Source: Candidatus Thorarchaeota archaeon (GTDB taxonomy: Archaea; Asgardarchaeota; Thorarchaeia; Thorarchaeales; Thorarchaeaceae). From it: a stretch of 22,427 nt of DNA. The notes beneath the pieces are model-generated. The model saw only the letters and a program-made list of their open reading frames with translations, was not told where the DNA came from and searched no databases. The DNA is taken from assembly GCA_016840855.1 (NCBI GenBank), contig JAEORO010000092.1, positions 1 to 22,427 on the forward strand, in the 5' to 3' direction. The position numbers and the translations under genes are program-made. Shown here in pieces: positions 1 to 9,617 of the stretch (position 1 is the stretch's first letter; each line of letters starts with the position of its first letter).

Positions 1-2
1 GT

Positions 3-752
3 GAATACATAGTGCGTCAGCGCCTTCGAGAAGTTGCACCAGATGCATGGCAAGCTGATAGATGTCCGCAATGCAAACGTAAATGGAACACAAAACTAGA
101 CATGTGCAAGAAATGTAACTTATCTCACGACGAAGCTAGAGTCGCCTATGCAGATCTTCTTTCGGCAAAAGTTCCCATAGCTCTTCGGTGGGTGGGTAAG
201 AAGAAATCGACTGATGTTAAAACTTTAGCAAAGAAAACAAAGTCAACACAATACAATGCTGGCGTGATTGCTGCAGCAATGGTTGATACTAATGTCACAG
301 AAATAACAAAGGTCGGGACACCACTTCGATCCTTTGTCATGAACACAGCAGGACTCGCGTTCCTCGTAATCACATGGCAACAGTTGCTAGGTGATAGCTC
401 AAGTACATGGTTGACAACTCTCACCATTGTTGGTGCTGCGCTTTCACTAGCTGTTATTGTTGCTCTTTACTTCACTAGAAAAGCCCAGATTGCGAAATTT
501 GTAGCAGAGCAAGATGAAGGTCTTAAGATTCTGCCAACTCAGGAGGAAGCTGCAGCTGCTGCTGCAAAAGCTGAGCCTGAAACTATAGAAGAAGTTGAAG
601 AACCAGAAATGACAGAGGAAACATCCTCAATCGAGGACACCTATGATGTACATGAAGATGTGTATGAAGAAGAAGTTTCAGACGAAGTTGCTGATGAAGA
701 AACCTACTCTGACGAGTACACCGATGACGATGAATTCTCAAAACAAGAGTAA
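3..752 (+). CDS. 5'-truncated membrane protein: CxxC..CxxC zinc ribbon, two TM helices, very acidic C-terminal tail
   Basis: Frame is open from base 3, so the start lies outside the window. Contains CPQC-x10-CKKC, two hydrophobic segments (AGLAFLVITW; LTIVGAALSLAVIVALYF) and an E/D-rich tail. Stop TAA at 750-752. Confidence 0.8.
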   Translation, partial: EYIVRQRLREVAPDAWQADRCPQCKRKWNTKLDMCKKCNLSHDEARVAYADLLSAKVPIALRWVGKKKSTDVKTLAKKTKSTQYNAGVIAAAMVDTNVTEITKVGTPLRSFVMNTAGLAFLVITWQQLLGDSSSTWLTTLTIVGAALSLAVIVALYFTRKAQIAKFVAEQDEGLKILPTQEEAAAAAAKAEPETIEEVEEPEMTEETSSIEDTYDVHEDVYEEEVSDEVADEETYSDEYTDDDEFSKQE

Positions 753-778
753 TTCGGGTGTCTAAAGAAAAATGATTG

Positions 779-799
779 GCGGCCCTTGCATTGGGCCGC
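779..799. terminator. GC-rich hairpin between convergent genes, probably a bidirectional terminator or 3' stabiliser
   Basis: GCGGCCC-ttgcatt-GGGCCGC is a perfect 7-bp stem. T-rich tracts follow on both strands (- strand: caatcatttttcttt). Confidence 0.55.
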
Positions 800-815
800 A
801 TTACTCCTTTAGGTA

Positions 816-3800
816 TTAGCTATCTGCAGGTGCAGACGGTATTTTTCCTCTTGACATTTTGCTGAAAATTTGAATTATCTTGGATGAGATGAATGGTATC
901 ACAACTAGGAATGCAACTGGGAGAAGTACTATGATACCAAGCTCCCAACTTGCTAAGAAGTCCATGCTCATAACAGTAGTCGCACCAACAACCACTAAGA
1001 ACATCAAGAACTTGATTCTAACGGATGAGCTGAATCTACTGACCATAGATGTTTTCTCATCTTCAACAACACTTGCAGGTGTTCCGGCATCCTCCATTTT
1101 CACAATCTTCTTGAGACCTTTGCTCACCTCTCTATAGAGATTCACTACAACTACAAGTATTGAAGATAGGTAGGCTGCAAAAATAGTAGTCATGATTGTA
1201 GGTACAGTAATCATGCCAATTGTAAATGATTGATCTATGATGTATGCCTTGAACCAATCTATCTCAACTCCATACAGAAGGATTAGGAAAATTACAACTG
1301 GGACGAACACCAAATGCCAAAGACCAAGCACCATTCTTTTTCTGCTAAGTGAACCCCGAACAAGCACAGCCGCAGTTGCGTCTCTATATAGCCATAGCCC
1401 ATATAGAAGTACTGAACATCCAAGAAGCGCAACTGTTAGTATCAGAGCAAGTGAATAGTTTCCGGCTGTATAAGTTGAATATGATGCTGCAAGTCCGGCT
1501 GCACTTCCTAGTACAATTAGAAGATAAAGCCTATCCATATTCTTGATAGATTTCTTCCGCCCTTCCAGAGATTTGTCATCAACTTTCATAGAGGATGCAA
1601 TTCTGAAGTAGATTACCATGCCAATTAGACTCATCACAAACGACAGTCCTGCACCAATTGACAGTGTGCTAGTTGACATTGTGAAATCTGGAGTTGCAGG
1701 AGAGACTGGTATTGTTGTTGATGTATCAATCGATTCCCCAACATACTCTCCTACTGCAGTAATTGTGAGAGTGAAATCTCCATATCCCATAGTTGTGGGG
1801 ATGCGCGGAATTTCCACAAAGTATTCACCAATTTGATCTGTGGGATATGCTATCATTGGTGGAAGATCCATCAGCTGAATTGTTACCTCAAGACCTGGGA
1901 CTGGATTGCCATAACCATCAATAATACTCACTACCACAGTTAACTCTTGACCTTGGGTGGGTGTTTCTGGACTATATGAAACGAAGAATTCTAAATCACC
2001 CATCACGGTGACGTTTCCTTCGATTGGATCACCAGTTTCAACATCTGGGTGATCTACAGAGATTACATATTCATATTCTCCTGGCAACCATCCTGCTGTA
2101 GATATTGTTGCTGAATATACGCCCAGTCCACTCTCAACCAAATTGTAGGAAAGAGCTTTTACGAAGAATGTCACTGTAGCTCCAGAAATAGGCCTATGTG
2201 ACCAATCCATGAACTGGAGTACAACCATTGTCTGGTCTCCCTGAGTGAGTACCCAACCTTCCGACGAATGAATCTCTGAGGAGGTCGCTGCATCAGAATA
2301 GGCTCGGATGGAGAATTGACCTGACCATGGATTGGCATATGTCGCATTTATGTGGACATTAAAGAGATTCGGGCCAAGCAAGAAATCTGCAGGGACCCAC
2401 ATGCTATACTCTGCCAAATCTGTAGTAGATGGGAATGCAGTATATCTAGTGCCATTGATTTCGACTTGAATCGAAGTCCAATTGAAAACTGGACCATACT
2501 TGTCCTTGACAAATATGGTGACTTCGAAGTCTGAACCTCCCTCAACTCTGGGAACAAAGAATACGTTTGGTTGAAGATTTCCAAACACATCAAAGGATAT
2601 TTCCAATGCTGGGGGTCCAACTATGCTAGGTTTTTGTACATTCAATTCGAAGGTATGACTTCCCAAACCAAGAGTTATGTTATGGGAGAAAATGTAGCAA
2701 CCCAATACAGGACTTTCAATTAGTTGAAACGCCTTCGGACCACTCTTGAGAGTAACAATGGCTCCTTCAACTGGAAATCCATAGGGATCAGAAATATTGA
2801 ACCATGCCACGACCCGTTTATCCTGTTCAACTGTGTCTGGAAAGTCTGTACTAACTATTAGGCTTGTTGTCAAGATTTGAACTTCGAACGCTTTCTCACC
2901 CACACCGATACCAATAGCATGAGGATGAATAGCTAAAGCAGAAATGAAATGAACTCCTGCTTCCAATTGCAATTCTGGTATGTTAACAACATAGAACGGA
3001 CCTGATTGAATCGCGGGTAGAGCAACACCTTCCAAGGTGATTGATACTGTTGCGTCATCAACAGGGCTACCAAGATTGTCATTCACCCAGACTGTGACAT
3101 TCATAGCATCTCCTTGATTAACTAAATCTGGAGCTTGGACTTGGATATGTAGGTCACTTTGAACTATTATTGCATTAACAAGCGTTTTCTCGTACGGGTG
3201 GTAGAATTTGTTATCAACTGTGATACTTAAGTTTGCGACTCCTATAGGCCAAGTGGCATCAGTGACAGCATGGTACTTTGCCCATCCATCTGCATAATAG
3301 AAACCGAATGTATTCAAAGCTGGTCCTTCAGGGGTCATAAAGTGGGCACTCATGTATACAGATGCATCTTCCACAATTTCACCATAGATATTTGATACAG
3401 TTGCATTCACTTCAAAGACATCGCCCTGGATGATATTTGAGGATGAGTACTCAACTAAGACATCAAGCAGGTAATTACTATCTAGGTTCCTTACAGCACC
3501 AAGGGTATAACTTGTGACTTTAGCAAAAGGATATGCAGCAATTTCCTCACCAGGTGTAAGATCAATATCTCCAAGAAGCAGTGGGTTATAGACCTCTCCG
3601 ACTTCAACGGTCCACTTGACTTCTCCTGAGAAGGATATCTGTGTTAGAAGTTCGTCTTGGTCGGTGAACAATAGAAAATCTTTTTCACTATCACCGTCAA
3701 AGTCAGTTATTATTGCACTAAGTGGAGCTGCCCCTGTAACTGTTGTAGACCACATATTTGTTAGAGTCGTTCCTAGTTGAGAAAGATACAAGTTACCTGT

Positions 3801-6362
3801 AGACACAATGAGGAATAATTCATCTGTGGGGTTTCCTGAAGCATCTACTGGATAAATATAAGTGAGGTCTTGATGTAGAAGTTCGTAAACAGGTGTATTG
3901 TTCACATTGGTTGTTGCGCTATCAAATACAAAAATTCGACCTGTCGGATCACTTGCATTCCAATAATTGATACCAGCAACAAATTGTTCTTTTCCGGTAG
4001 TCGAATTGTACATAGTCCTAATTCCAACTGGTTCCATATTGGAATACCCACTCATATCAACATCCAGAGAGTGTGAGAATGACAAATCCGTTGTGTAAAT
4101 GTCGATTCGTGTATTTCCTCTGATAACAGCGACATATCCAAATGAAACACCTTCTATAACAGAGAAACCTCTGACTCCTATTTCTTCTGGAAACTCCACA
4201 GATGTCCAGCTAAGATCTGAATCCATCTTGAGTATCGATTCTGGACTTGTTTCTGATACAAGAAATAGTTCTTCATTTCCATCTCCGTCATCATCAAAGA
4301 CTTCGATAAATGTAAAGCTCTTGTAGGGATATGGCACAACACCTTCTCCCATCAAGCTAAATGTGTCACCATGATACACGTGATATCGAAATAATGAGGC
4401 CTTTAAAACACCATCATAGTAGTAATCAAGAACTATGATGTCAAGGACATTATCTCCATCTAGCATAGCTGTATAAACTTCAAAATTATCGAATCTGTCA
4501 CCTGATGGTATGGTGATGTTTAAGGAGTCAAGTATTGTACCACTTGAAGAGTATTTTATGAGCGATAAGTCTTCAACACCCATGGGTCTCTCTATTGTGT
4601 AGATTACCTTATTGCCATCAGATAGATTTCCAATATCCGACTGATGGAACATCTTATGCACATAATCCGTTTCAGTCTTGTCTATTTTCCATACGAAATC
4701 CCCTGAAACTAAAAAGCTCAGAGGATGCGTTGAATTTCCTAAATCACCAATATTGAGATAGCTGTCTTGGACTGTAATATAATATTGATAGACACCGGGT
4801 TGAAGGTTCCCAATGAAAGCATAATATAGACCCTCTTGGTGAGATGCATACATTTCATCTTGGGGCTGAATCCATGATGAACTCCCAGGTAATCTCATCC
4901 ATAAATCGATATGCTCAATTGATGAAGATTCAACGACGTTGACTCTCACTGTAACATAATCGTCTAGGATTGTTGGGTGGATCGGATCAATTGGTGTCGG
5001 CAATAAAGCTGGAGGTGTAATATCGCTAGGAACTATGTAGACATCACTATCAATCCTGACCACAACATCATCTCTGCCATTACCAATTATATCAAAGCTG
5101 ATTATTTGATGTCCTCCAAGCCTAACATCGACAAGGTACTCGAGATTGGCGAAAATTCCATCAGCACCACGTATTATGCCAAGACCGCCACGAGTGGTTC
5201 CTATAGCCAAATCATCCATAGCATCCTGATCCATTGGTCCTACTCCAAGCTGTTTGGATGAGTAGGCGTAGATTCCATCTATTTCCCTTAATGGAGTGCC
5301 ATCATTTCCATTTATGAAAAATGCCTTCTCCTGAGTCCGACTTATAACGACTAAATCATCTTGTGGATTTCCACCAAAATCTCCTGTTTCTATGTATCTA
5401 GTTGTACTTGATAGCCCATCAACAAGTTGAGAATATACCACTCCTGGAGTATCACCCCAATATACAACAACATCGCCATCGCTTTCAATAGTAGCAATCT
5501 CTTCCAATCCTCCCATGTAGTTGAACTTCACCATATCCTGAATACTTGGAGTAAGGAGAATTGAATAAACCTGAGTTCCATCAGCATCTGCCACTGTCAG
5601 GTTTCTCTGACCTGCAGTTCCCATTGAATTTGAATATGCAATTGAATCCTGAGATGAGTTTGTAAATCTACCAATGATCGGTCCAAACCATGCATAGTCA
5701 ACTAAGAATGTACCAATTATGGTATTCGATCTCAAATCTAGTGTGAGGAAGTTGTCGCGATTGCCCACATCTTGAACTAACAAGTCAGGATAAGAATCTC
5801 CATTGAATATGCCAAATCCCTTAGGCGCTGCGTAGGTGAATGGCATTGGATACTCTGATACAATTACATCATCTATATCAACCATCAGAATATAGTAGGT
5901 AGGACTAACGAAGTTCCTAAGGAAAAACTCAGTATCACCATCCAAATCCACATCGTAGCCTGTGAGATATGCTCCGTTGTTCTTGCTGCCTGCTGGTAGA
6001 GCTATGTCCATTGTGACTTCACCAATCAAATCAACGAAATACAATCTACTCTCTTCTTCTATTACATACGCAAAACCGCGATGACCCTGAATCTCTCCAA
6101 TTGCAATCTGGATGTTCGTATCTGGAAGACTATAGTGATAAAGCGATTCAGTTTGAGCTAAATCATGTTGATCCTCCAATTGAAGAACGGCATTGGTTGT
6201 TGGTTCATAATTTAGTATTGTAGGTACAATGATTATGAATAGCAGAAAACCAATTATCAGAATCTTCAAGATGCCAATATCATCAGCATCCATGTTTTTA
6301 GATTTTGGACGGTATCGACTTACTCTATTATTCAAAGCATCAGTAGTTTTGGATGGATACAT
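816..6362 (-). CDS. Large cell-surface protein: signal anchor, two FG-GAP/VCBS-type beta-propeller regions, Ig-like repeats, C-terminal 7-TM region
   Basis: 1848-aa ORF with GGAGTGA/GAGG upstream of the ATG. Repeated DxD/NxDGxxD motifs (DVDLDGDTE, FNGDSYPDLLV, DIIGNGRDDVVV, DDDGDGNEELFL, DFDGDSEKDFLL). Six ~95-aa repeats with a V-x-D-x-Y-G-x-P-V-x-G-A-x-V-like motif. Seven hydrophobic segments in the last ~280 aa. Confidence 0.9.
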   Translation of the reverse strand: MYPSKTTDALNNRVSRYRPKSKNMDADDIGILKILIIGFLLFIIIVPTILNYEPTTNAVLQLEDQHDLAQTESLYHYSLPDTNIQIAIGEIQGHRGFAYVIEEESRLYFVDLIGEVTMDIALPAGSKNNGAYLTGYDVDLDGDTEFFLRNFVSPTYYILMVDIDDVIVSEYPMPFTYAAPKGFGIFNGDSYPDLLVQDVGNRDNFLTLDLRSNTIIGTFLVDYAWFGPIIGRFTNSSQDSIAYSNSMGTAGQRNLTVADADGTQVYSILLTPSIQDMVKFNYMGGLEEIATIESDGDVVVYWGDTPGVVYSQLVDGLSSTTRYIETGDFGGNPQDDLVVISRTQEKAFFINGNDGTPLREIDGIYAYSSKQLGVGPMDQDAMDDLAIGTTRGGLGIIRGADGIFANLEYLVDVRLGGHQIISFDIIGNGRDDVVVRIDSDVYIVPSDITPPALLPTPIDPIHPTILDDYVTVRVNVVESSSIEHIDLWMRLPGSSSWIQPQDEMYASHQEGLYYAFIGNLQPGVYQYYITVQDSYLNIGDLGNSTHPLSFLVSGDFVWKIDKTETDYVHKMFHQSDIGNLSDGNKVIYTIERPMGVEDLSLIKYSSSGTILDSLNITIPSGDRFDNFEVYTAMLDGDNVLDIIVLDYYYDGVLKASLFRYHVYHGDTFSLMGEGVVPYPYKSFTFIEVFDDDGDGNEELFLVSETSPESILKMDSDLSWTSVEFPEEIGVRGFSVIEGVSFGYVAVIRGNTRIDIYTTDLSFSHSLDVDMSGYSNMEPVGIRTMYNSTTGKEQFVAGINYWNASDPTGRIFVFDSATTNVNNTPVYELLHQDLTYIYPVDASGNPTDELFLIVSTGNLYLSQLGTTLTNMWSTTVTGAAPLSAIITDFDGDSEKDFLLFTDQDELLTQISFSGEVKWTVEVGEVYNPLLLGDIDLTPGEEIAAYPFAKVTSYTLGAVRNLDSNYLLDVLVEYSSSNIIQGDVFEVNATVSNIYGEIVEDASVYMSAHFMTPEGPALNTFGFYYADGWAKYHAVTDATWPIGVANLSITVDNKFYHPYEKTLVNAIIVQSDLHIQVQAPDLVNQGDAMNVTVWVNDNLGSPVDDATVSITLEGVALPAIQSGPFYVVNIPELQLEAGVHFISALAIHPHAIGIGVGEKAFEVQILTTSLIVSTDFPDTVEQDKRVVAWFNISDPYGFPVEGAIVTLKSGPKAFQLIESPVLGCYIFSHNITLGLGSHTFELNVQKPSIVGPPALEISFDVFGNLQPNVFFVPRVEGGSDFEVTIFVKDKYGPVFNWTSIQVEINGTRYTAFPSTTDLAEYSMWVPADFLLGPNLFNVHINATYANPWSGQFSIRAYSDAATSSEIHSSEGWVLTQGDQTMVVLQFMDWSHRPISGATVTFFVKALSYNLVESGLGVYSATISTAGWLPGEYEYVISVDHPDVETGDPIEGNVTVMGDLEFFVSYSPETPTQGQELTVVVSIIDGYGNPVPGLEVTIQLMDLPPMIAYPTDQIGEYFVEIPRIPTTMGYGDFTLTITAVGEYVGESIDTSTTIPVSPATPDFTMSTSTLSIGAGLSFVMSLIGMVIYFRIASSMKVDDKSLEGRKKSIKNMDRLYLLIVLGSAAGLAASYSTYTAGNYSLALILTVALLGCSVLLYGLWLYRDATAAVLVRGSLSRKRMVLGLWHLVFVPVVIFLILLYGVEIDWFKAYIIDQSFTIGMITVPTIMTTIFAAYLSSILVVVVNLYREVSKGLKKIVKMEDAGTPASVVEDEKTSMVSRFSSSVRIKFLMFLVVVGATTVMSMDFLASWELGIIVLLPVAFLVVIPFISSKIIQIFSKMSRGKIPSAPADS

Positions 6363-6542
6363 CCTCTAATCACTCCATCTTGATAATGCATAACAATCTC
6401 TTGCACACAACAGAGACCCTGCATTATATAGAGCACAATGATTGATTCGCATCCTTTTATTGATTCTGGGCGCGTAATCCACCGATAGGCTAAAGTCGAG
6501 GATGTGTAATCACAAACTTAGTTTTCATAGGGTTTGATAGAA

Positions 6543-7904
6543 ATGGTTGAGCATATCGCTGTAATTGGTTGTGGGGCTGCTGGGGCTACAGCAGCACTAC
6601 AAGCTCGGAAATTCAATAGAAACGTTGAGATATCTGTCTTCAATTCAGAGCCCTACTCACAATATTCACGGTGCGGACTTCCATACACCATATCAGGAAA
6701 AGTAGGTACCTTCGAAGATCTTGTACTAATGCCTCCTGATAATTGGGGAACATTGAAAATTGATGCAAAACTGGGTGTCACTGTTACTGACATTGATCAT
6801 TCGTTAAAGGAGATTACATATTCAGGCAAGGGTGGAGATGGTGTACAAAGTTATGATGCACTAATCTTCGCAACAGGTGCGGAGAATGCAGACCCACCTA
6901 TCAAAGGACTTGATAAGACACGAGTATATGGTCTAAGAACACTTGCAGATGCCAAGGCACTCTCAATTGAGGCTGATAAGGCTAAAACCGCTGTCATCGT
7001 GGGGGGAGGTCTTGTTGGGATGGAGGCCGCAGAGGCTTTCCATGAGAGAGGACTTGATGTTACAGTTGTTGAGTTCCTTCCTCATATTCTACTGGCAATG
7101 GTTGATTCAGATATGGCTGCAATTGTGGAAGAACATTGCATAGAACACGGTCTCAAAATTCTAACCAATACCGCGGCACAGGAAATTACTGGAAAGGACT
7201 CTCCAAAAACAGTAGTGATAAAGAATAGAAACACCGAAGAGGTGTCTGAGATTCCTACCGATTTTGTTGTTGTTGCAACAGGAGTACGTCCTGTCACGAA
7301 ACTAGCTGAGAAAGTTGGTGTTGAGACTGGGACATCAAGAGGTATCAAGACAAATGAAAAGATGATGACAAATTTTGATCAGGTCTATGCTTGTGGAGAT
7401 TGCGCAGAAAACTTCGAGTTCGTAACGCGAAAACCAATGGCTGGAGGCCTCGGTACAATTGCAGTCAGGCAAGCCCGGGTCGCTGGAATCAATGCAGCTG
7501 GTGGTGATGTGACATTTCCAGGGATAGTTGGAGCGAAAGTCACAAAGCTCTTCGGTCTTGAGATTGCGAGTACTGGTTTCACTGAAGATATGGCTAACCG
7601 ATTTGAGATTCCTATTGTCAAAGGTTCTATGAAAGGAAGCACAAAACCACCATACTATATTGGAGGTAAAGAGCTCAAACTGAAGACATTCTATAACAAA
7701 GAAACAGGAAAGCTTGTTGGGGGTCAACTTGTTGGTGAAGAAGATGCTGCAATGAGGTTGAATGTTCTAACTTTGGGTATCCAACAAAACATCGATGCAT
7801 CTGAGTTATTTGACTTTGAGAACTGCTATGCTCCTGCAATCTGTGACACATGGGATCCATTAGTATCATCCGCTGATGCAGCACGACGCAGGCTTAAGAT
7901 ATAG
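6543..7904 (+). CDS. FAD-dependent pyridine nucleotide-disulfide oxidoreductase (CoA-disulfide reductase / NADH oxidase family)
   Basis: GCGAAG FAD motif, single redox Cys in YSRCGLPY, GGGLVG NAD(P)H motif, ACGDCA, and C-terminal CYAPA (YAPP-like). ATG 6543 is preferred over TTG 6534. Confidence 0.92.
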   Translation: MVEHIAVIGCGAAGATAALQARKFNRNVEISVFNSEPYSQYSRCGLPYTISGKVGTFEDLVLMPPDNWGTLKIDAKLGVTVTDIDHSLKEITYSGKGGDGVQSYDALIFATGAENADPPIKGLDKTRVYGLRTLADAKALSIEADKAKTAVIVGGGLVGMEAAEAFHERGLDVTVVEFLPHILLAMVDSDMAAIVEEHCIEHGLKILTNTAAQEITGKDSPKTVVIKNRNTEEVSEIPTDFVVVATGVRPVTKLAEKVGVETGTSRGIKTNEKMMTNFDQVYACGDCAENFEFVTRKPMAGGLGTIAVRQARVAGINAAGGDVTFPGIVGAKVTKLFGLEIASTGFTEDMANRFEIPIVKGSMKGSTKPPYYIGGKELKLKTFYNKETGKLVGGQLVGEEDAAMRLNVLTLGIQQNIDASELFDFENCYAPAICDTWDPLVSSADAARRRLKI

Positions 7905-7905
7905 G

Positions 7906-8364
7906 TCATTCAGATACCAGAGTTCTTATGTTATTCAAGGCAAATTGAAATGAGCTTTGTTGAATGGGTGAACTAGCGACTAACAAAATACTACTAAGAC
8001 TGCAGTCGGTCTTGGAATGACTTACGATTGCTCTTACGATTTCTTCGGCAACCTCCCAGCTTGGAATTCGTGAAACTTCAAGCCCCATCGTGAAAAACCC
8101 AACATTCTGAGCTTTCCGCCCGTTTGCGATTTCTAGAGCTTCTAAAGCTGCATTGTATATGATTAACCGTCGATCTGGATTCTCTAACGAGATTCCTGGC
8201 CAATAGAGAACTTCACAGGCACCACTTCCCTCTTTCACTATAATGTCCGTCTTTCTGCTTCCAAGTCCAATATCACGAGCCTTCACTACAACATCAATGT
8301 CTGAATCATCATTGTGCCCCAACTCAACTTTTACGTTGAGGCTTCCAAGAAACCATCCTTCCAC
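7906..8364 (-). CDS. Degenerate macrodomain-like protein
   Basis: Aligns by eye with the C-terminal two-thirds of the adjacent macrodomain (EALEIANGRKAQNVGFFTMGLEV vs AALSIASDHNLNSIAFPAIGAGV) but lacks GDIT, NAAN and the Gly loops. GTG start lies 5 nt after the upstream stop. Confidence 0.7.
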   Translation of the reverse strand: MEGWFLGSLNVKVELGHNDDSDIDVVVKARDIGLGSRKTDIIVKEGSGACEVLYWPGISLENPDRRLIIYNAALEALEIANGRKAQNVGFFTMGLEVSRIPSWEVAEEIVRAIVSHSKTDCSLSSILLVASSPIQQSSFQFALNNIRTLVSE

Positions 8365-8369
8365 GATTC

Positions 8370-8897
8370 TTAATCCTCACATTCATTGATGGCGTTGCAA
8401 AAGCAATCACACGTATACTTACTTAGCCCTACCAGTGTGATTTCTTTTACTGAGCCCGGTTTCCGAGCATAGTGATTGATTCCTTCAACAATTGCTTTTG
8501 CGGATTGTTCCTCAGTAAGGCCTCCTACTCCTGCACCAATTGCGGGAAATGCAATGGAGTTTAGGTTATGATCAGAAGCAATGCTAAGTGCGGCTTGAAC
8601 TGATGATAATACCTTCCAATAAGTCGCTCTACCACCAGGTGGCATTCCAGCACAGTGAATGACATACTTTGATGGAAGAGCTCCGGCTGTTGTCATTACT
8701 GCTTCGCCGGGTCTTATTGGTCCCATTGACAAAGCTTCATCCTCTATTTGTTGTCCTCCCTTTGACTTGATTGCACCTGCAACTCCAGATCCCATCCAAA
8801 GGTCCGAATTAGCAGCATTAGCAATCACATCAACAGCAAGCTCCGTAATATCTCCAATATAGGTCTTGATTATTACATTACCTACTTTCTTCTCCAT
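8370..8897 (-). CDS. Macrodomain protein (AF1521/YmdB/MacroD type; ADP-ribose binding or hydrolase)
   Basis: Canonical motifs GDIT, NAAN, GSGVAGAI, VIH and SIAFPAIGAGVGG. Confidence 0.93.
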   Translation of the reverse strand: MEKKVGNVIIKTYIGDITELAVDVIANAANSDLWMGSGVAGAIKSKGGQQIEDEALSMGPIRPGEAVMTTAGALPSKYVIHCAGMPPGGRATYWKVLSSVQAALSIASDHNLNSIAFPAIGAGVGGLTEEQSAKAIVEGINHYARKPGSVKEITLVGLSKYTCDCFCNAINECED

Positions 8898-9004
8898 TTA
8901 CCACATCCCCACTTGGAGTATAACCTATATGGAACAATTTTCTTAATAGGTTGTCGTCCCGTAAGCTTTATGCCTTACAGTCCTGCATTTTCTGATGGCG
9001 AGTC

Positions 9005-9583
9005 TTGAACGATATCAATGATGACGAGTTGGCAACTCTAATGGAGAAATATGGCCAACCTCGTGAAAATGAATTCACTGCAGATTTTCTTGATTTTGAG
9101 TGTACACTCGTTAAACGAACAGAGTCAAAGGGCAGACTGCATGACATTACATGTTTCATTCAACAGGATGACGGCAATTACGTGGTAATTCAGAAACCAC
9201 AGTACGCAAGAACAGGAATCTACAGGGCTCCATCTGGCGGAGCTTCTATTGGTGAATCTCTCGAAGCTGCTGCTATCCGAGAGATGCGTGAAGAAACTGG
9301 TCTAACAATTCAACTGACACATTTTGTCTTAGACTTACGGCTCAATGTAGTTTGCAAAGATCGTACAATTCCTTGGAGGTCTTTTGTCTTTCTCGCGAAG
9401 CCAATAGATGGTGAGATGATACCAGTTGACACAAGAGAGATTTTTGATGTGACTACAATGACCCGTGGACAACTAGAAGGAGAAGTAGCAAGGCTTATGG
9501 ACGACTCAGGGTGGGGGGGATTTAAGTATCGGGCTTTCCTAACACGTGAATTCTTTAAACGTCTTGATGAGTTGAATATCTGA
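9005..9583 (+). CDS. Nudix hydrolase
   Basis: Nudix box GGASIGESLEAAAIREMREETGL. TTG start is uncertain. Confidence 0.9.
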   Translation: MNDINDDELATLMEKYGQPRENEFTADFLDFECTLVKRTESKGRLHDITCFIQQDDGNYVVIQKPQYARTGIYRAPSGGASIGESLEAAAIREMREETGLTIQLTHFVLDLRLNVVCKDRTIPWRSFVFLAKPIDGEMIPVDTREIFDVTTMTRGQLEGEVARLMDDSGWGGFKYRAFLTREFFKRLDELNI

Positions 9584-9617
9584 CCCTGTGTTACTCGATT
9601 CCATATTTTATTTTGTA

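Noticed and set aside
6488-6506. GGcTAAAGTCGA..AGGATG match to element B (19914-19936)
   Set aside because: It is an isolated 11/12 match without colinear flanking blocks and is plausible by chance.
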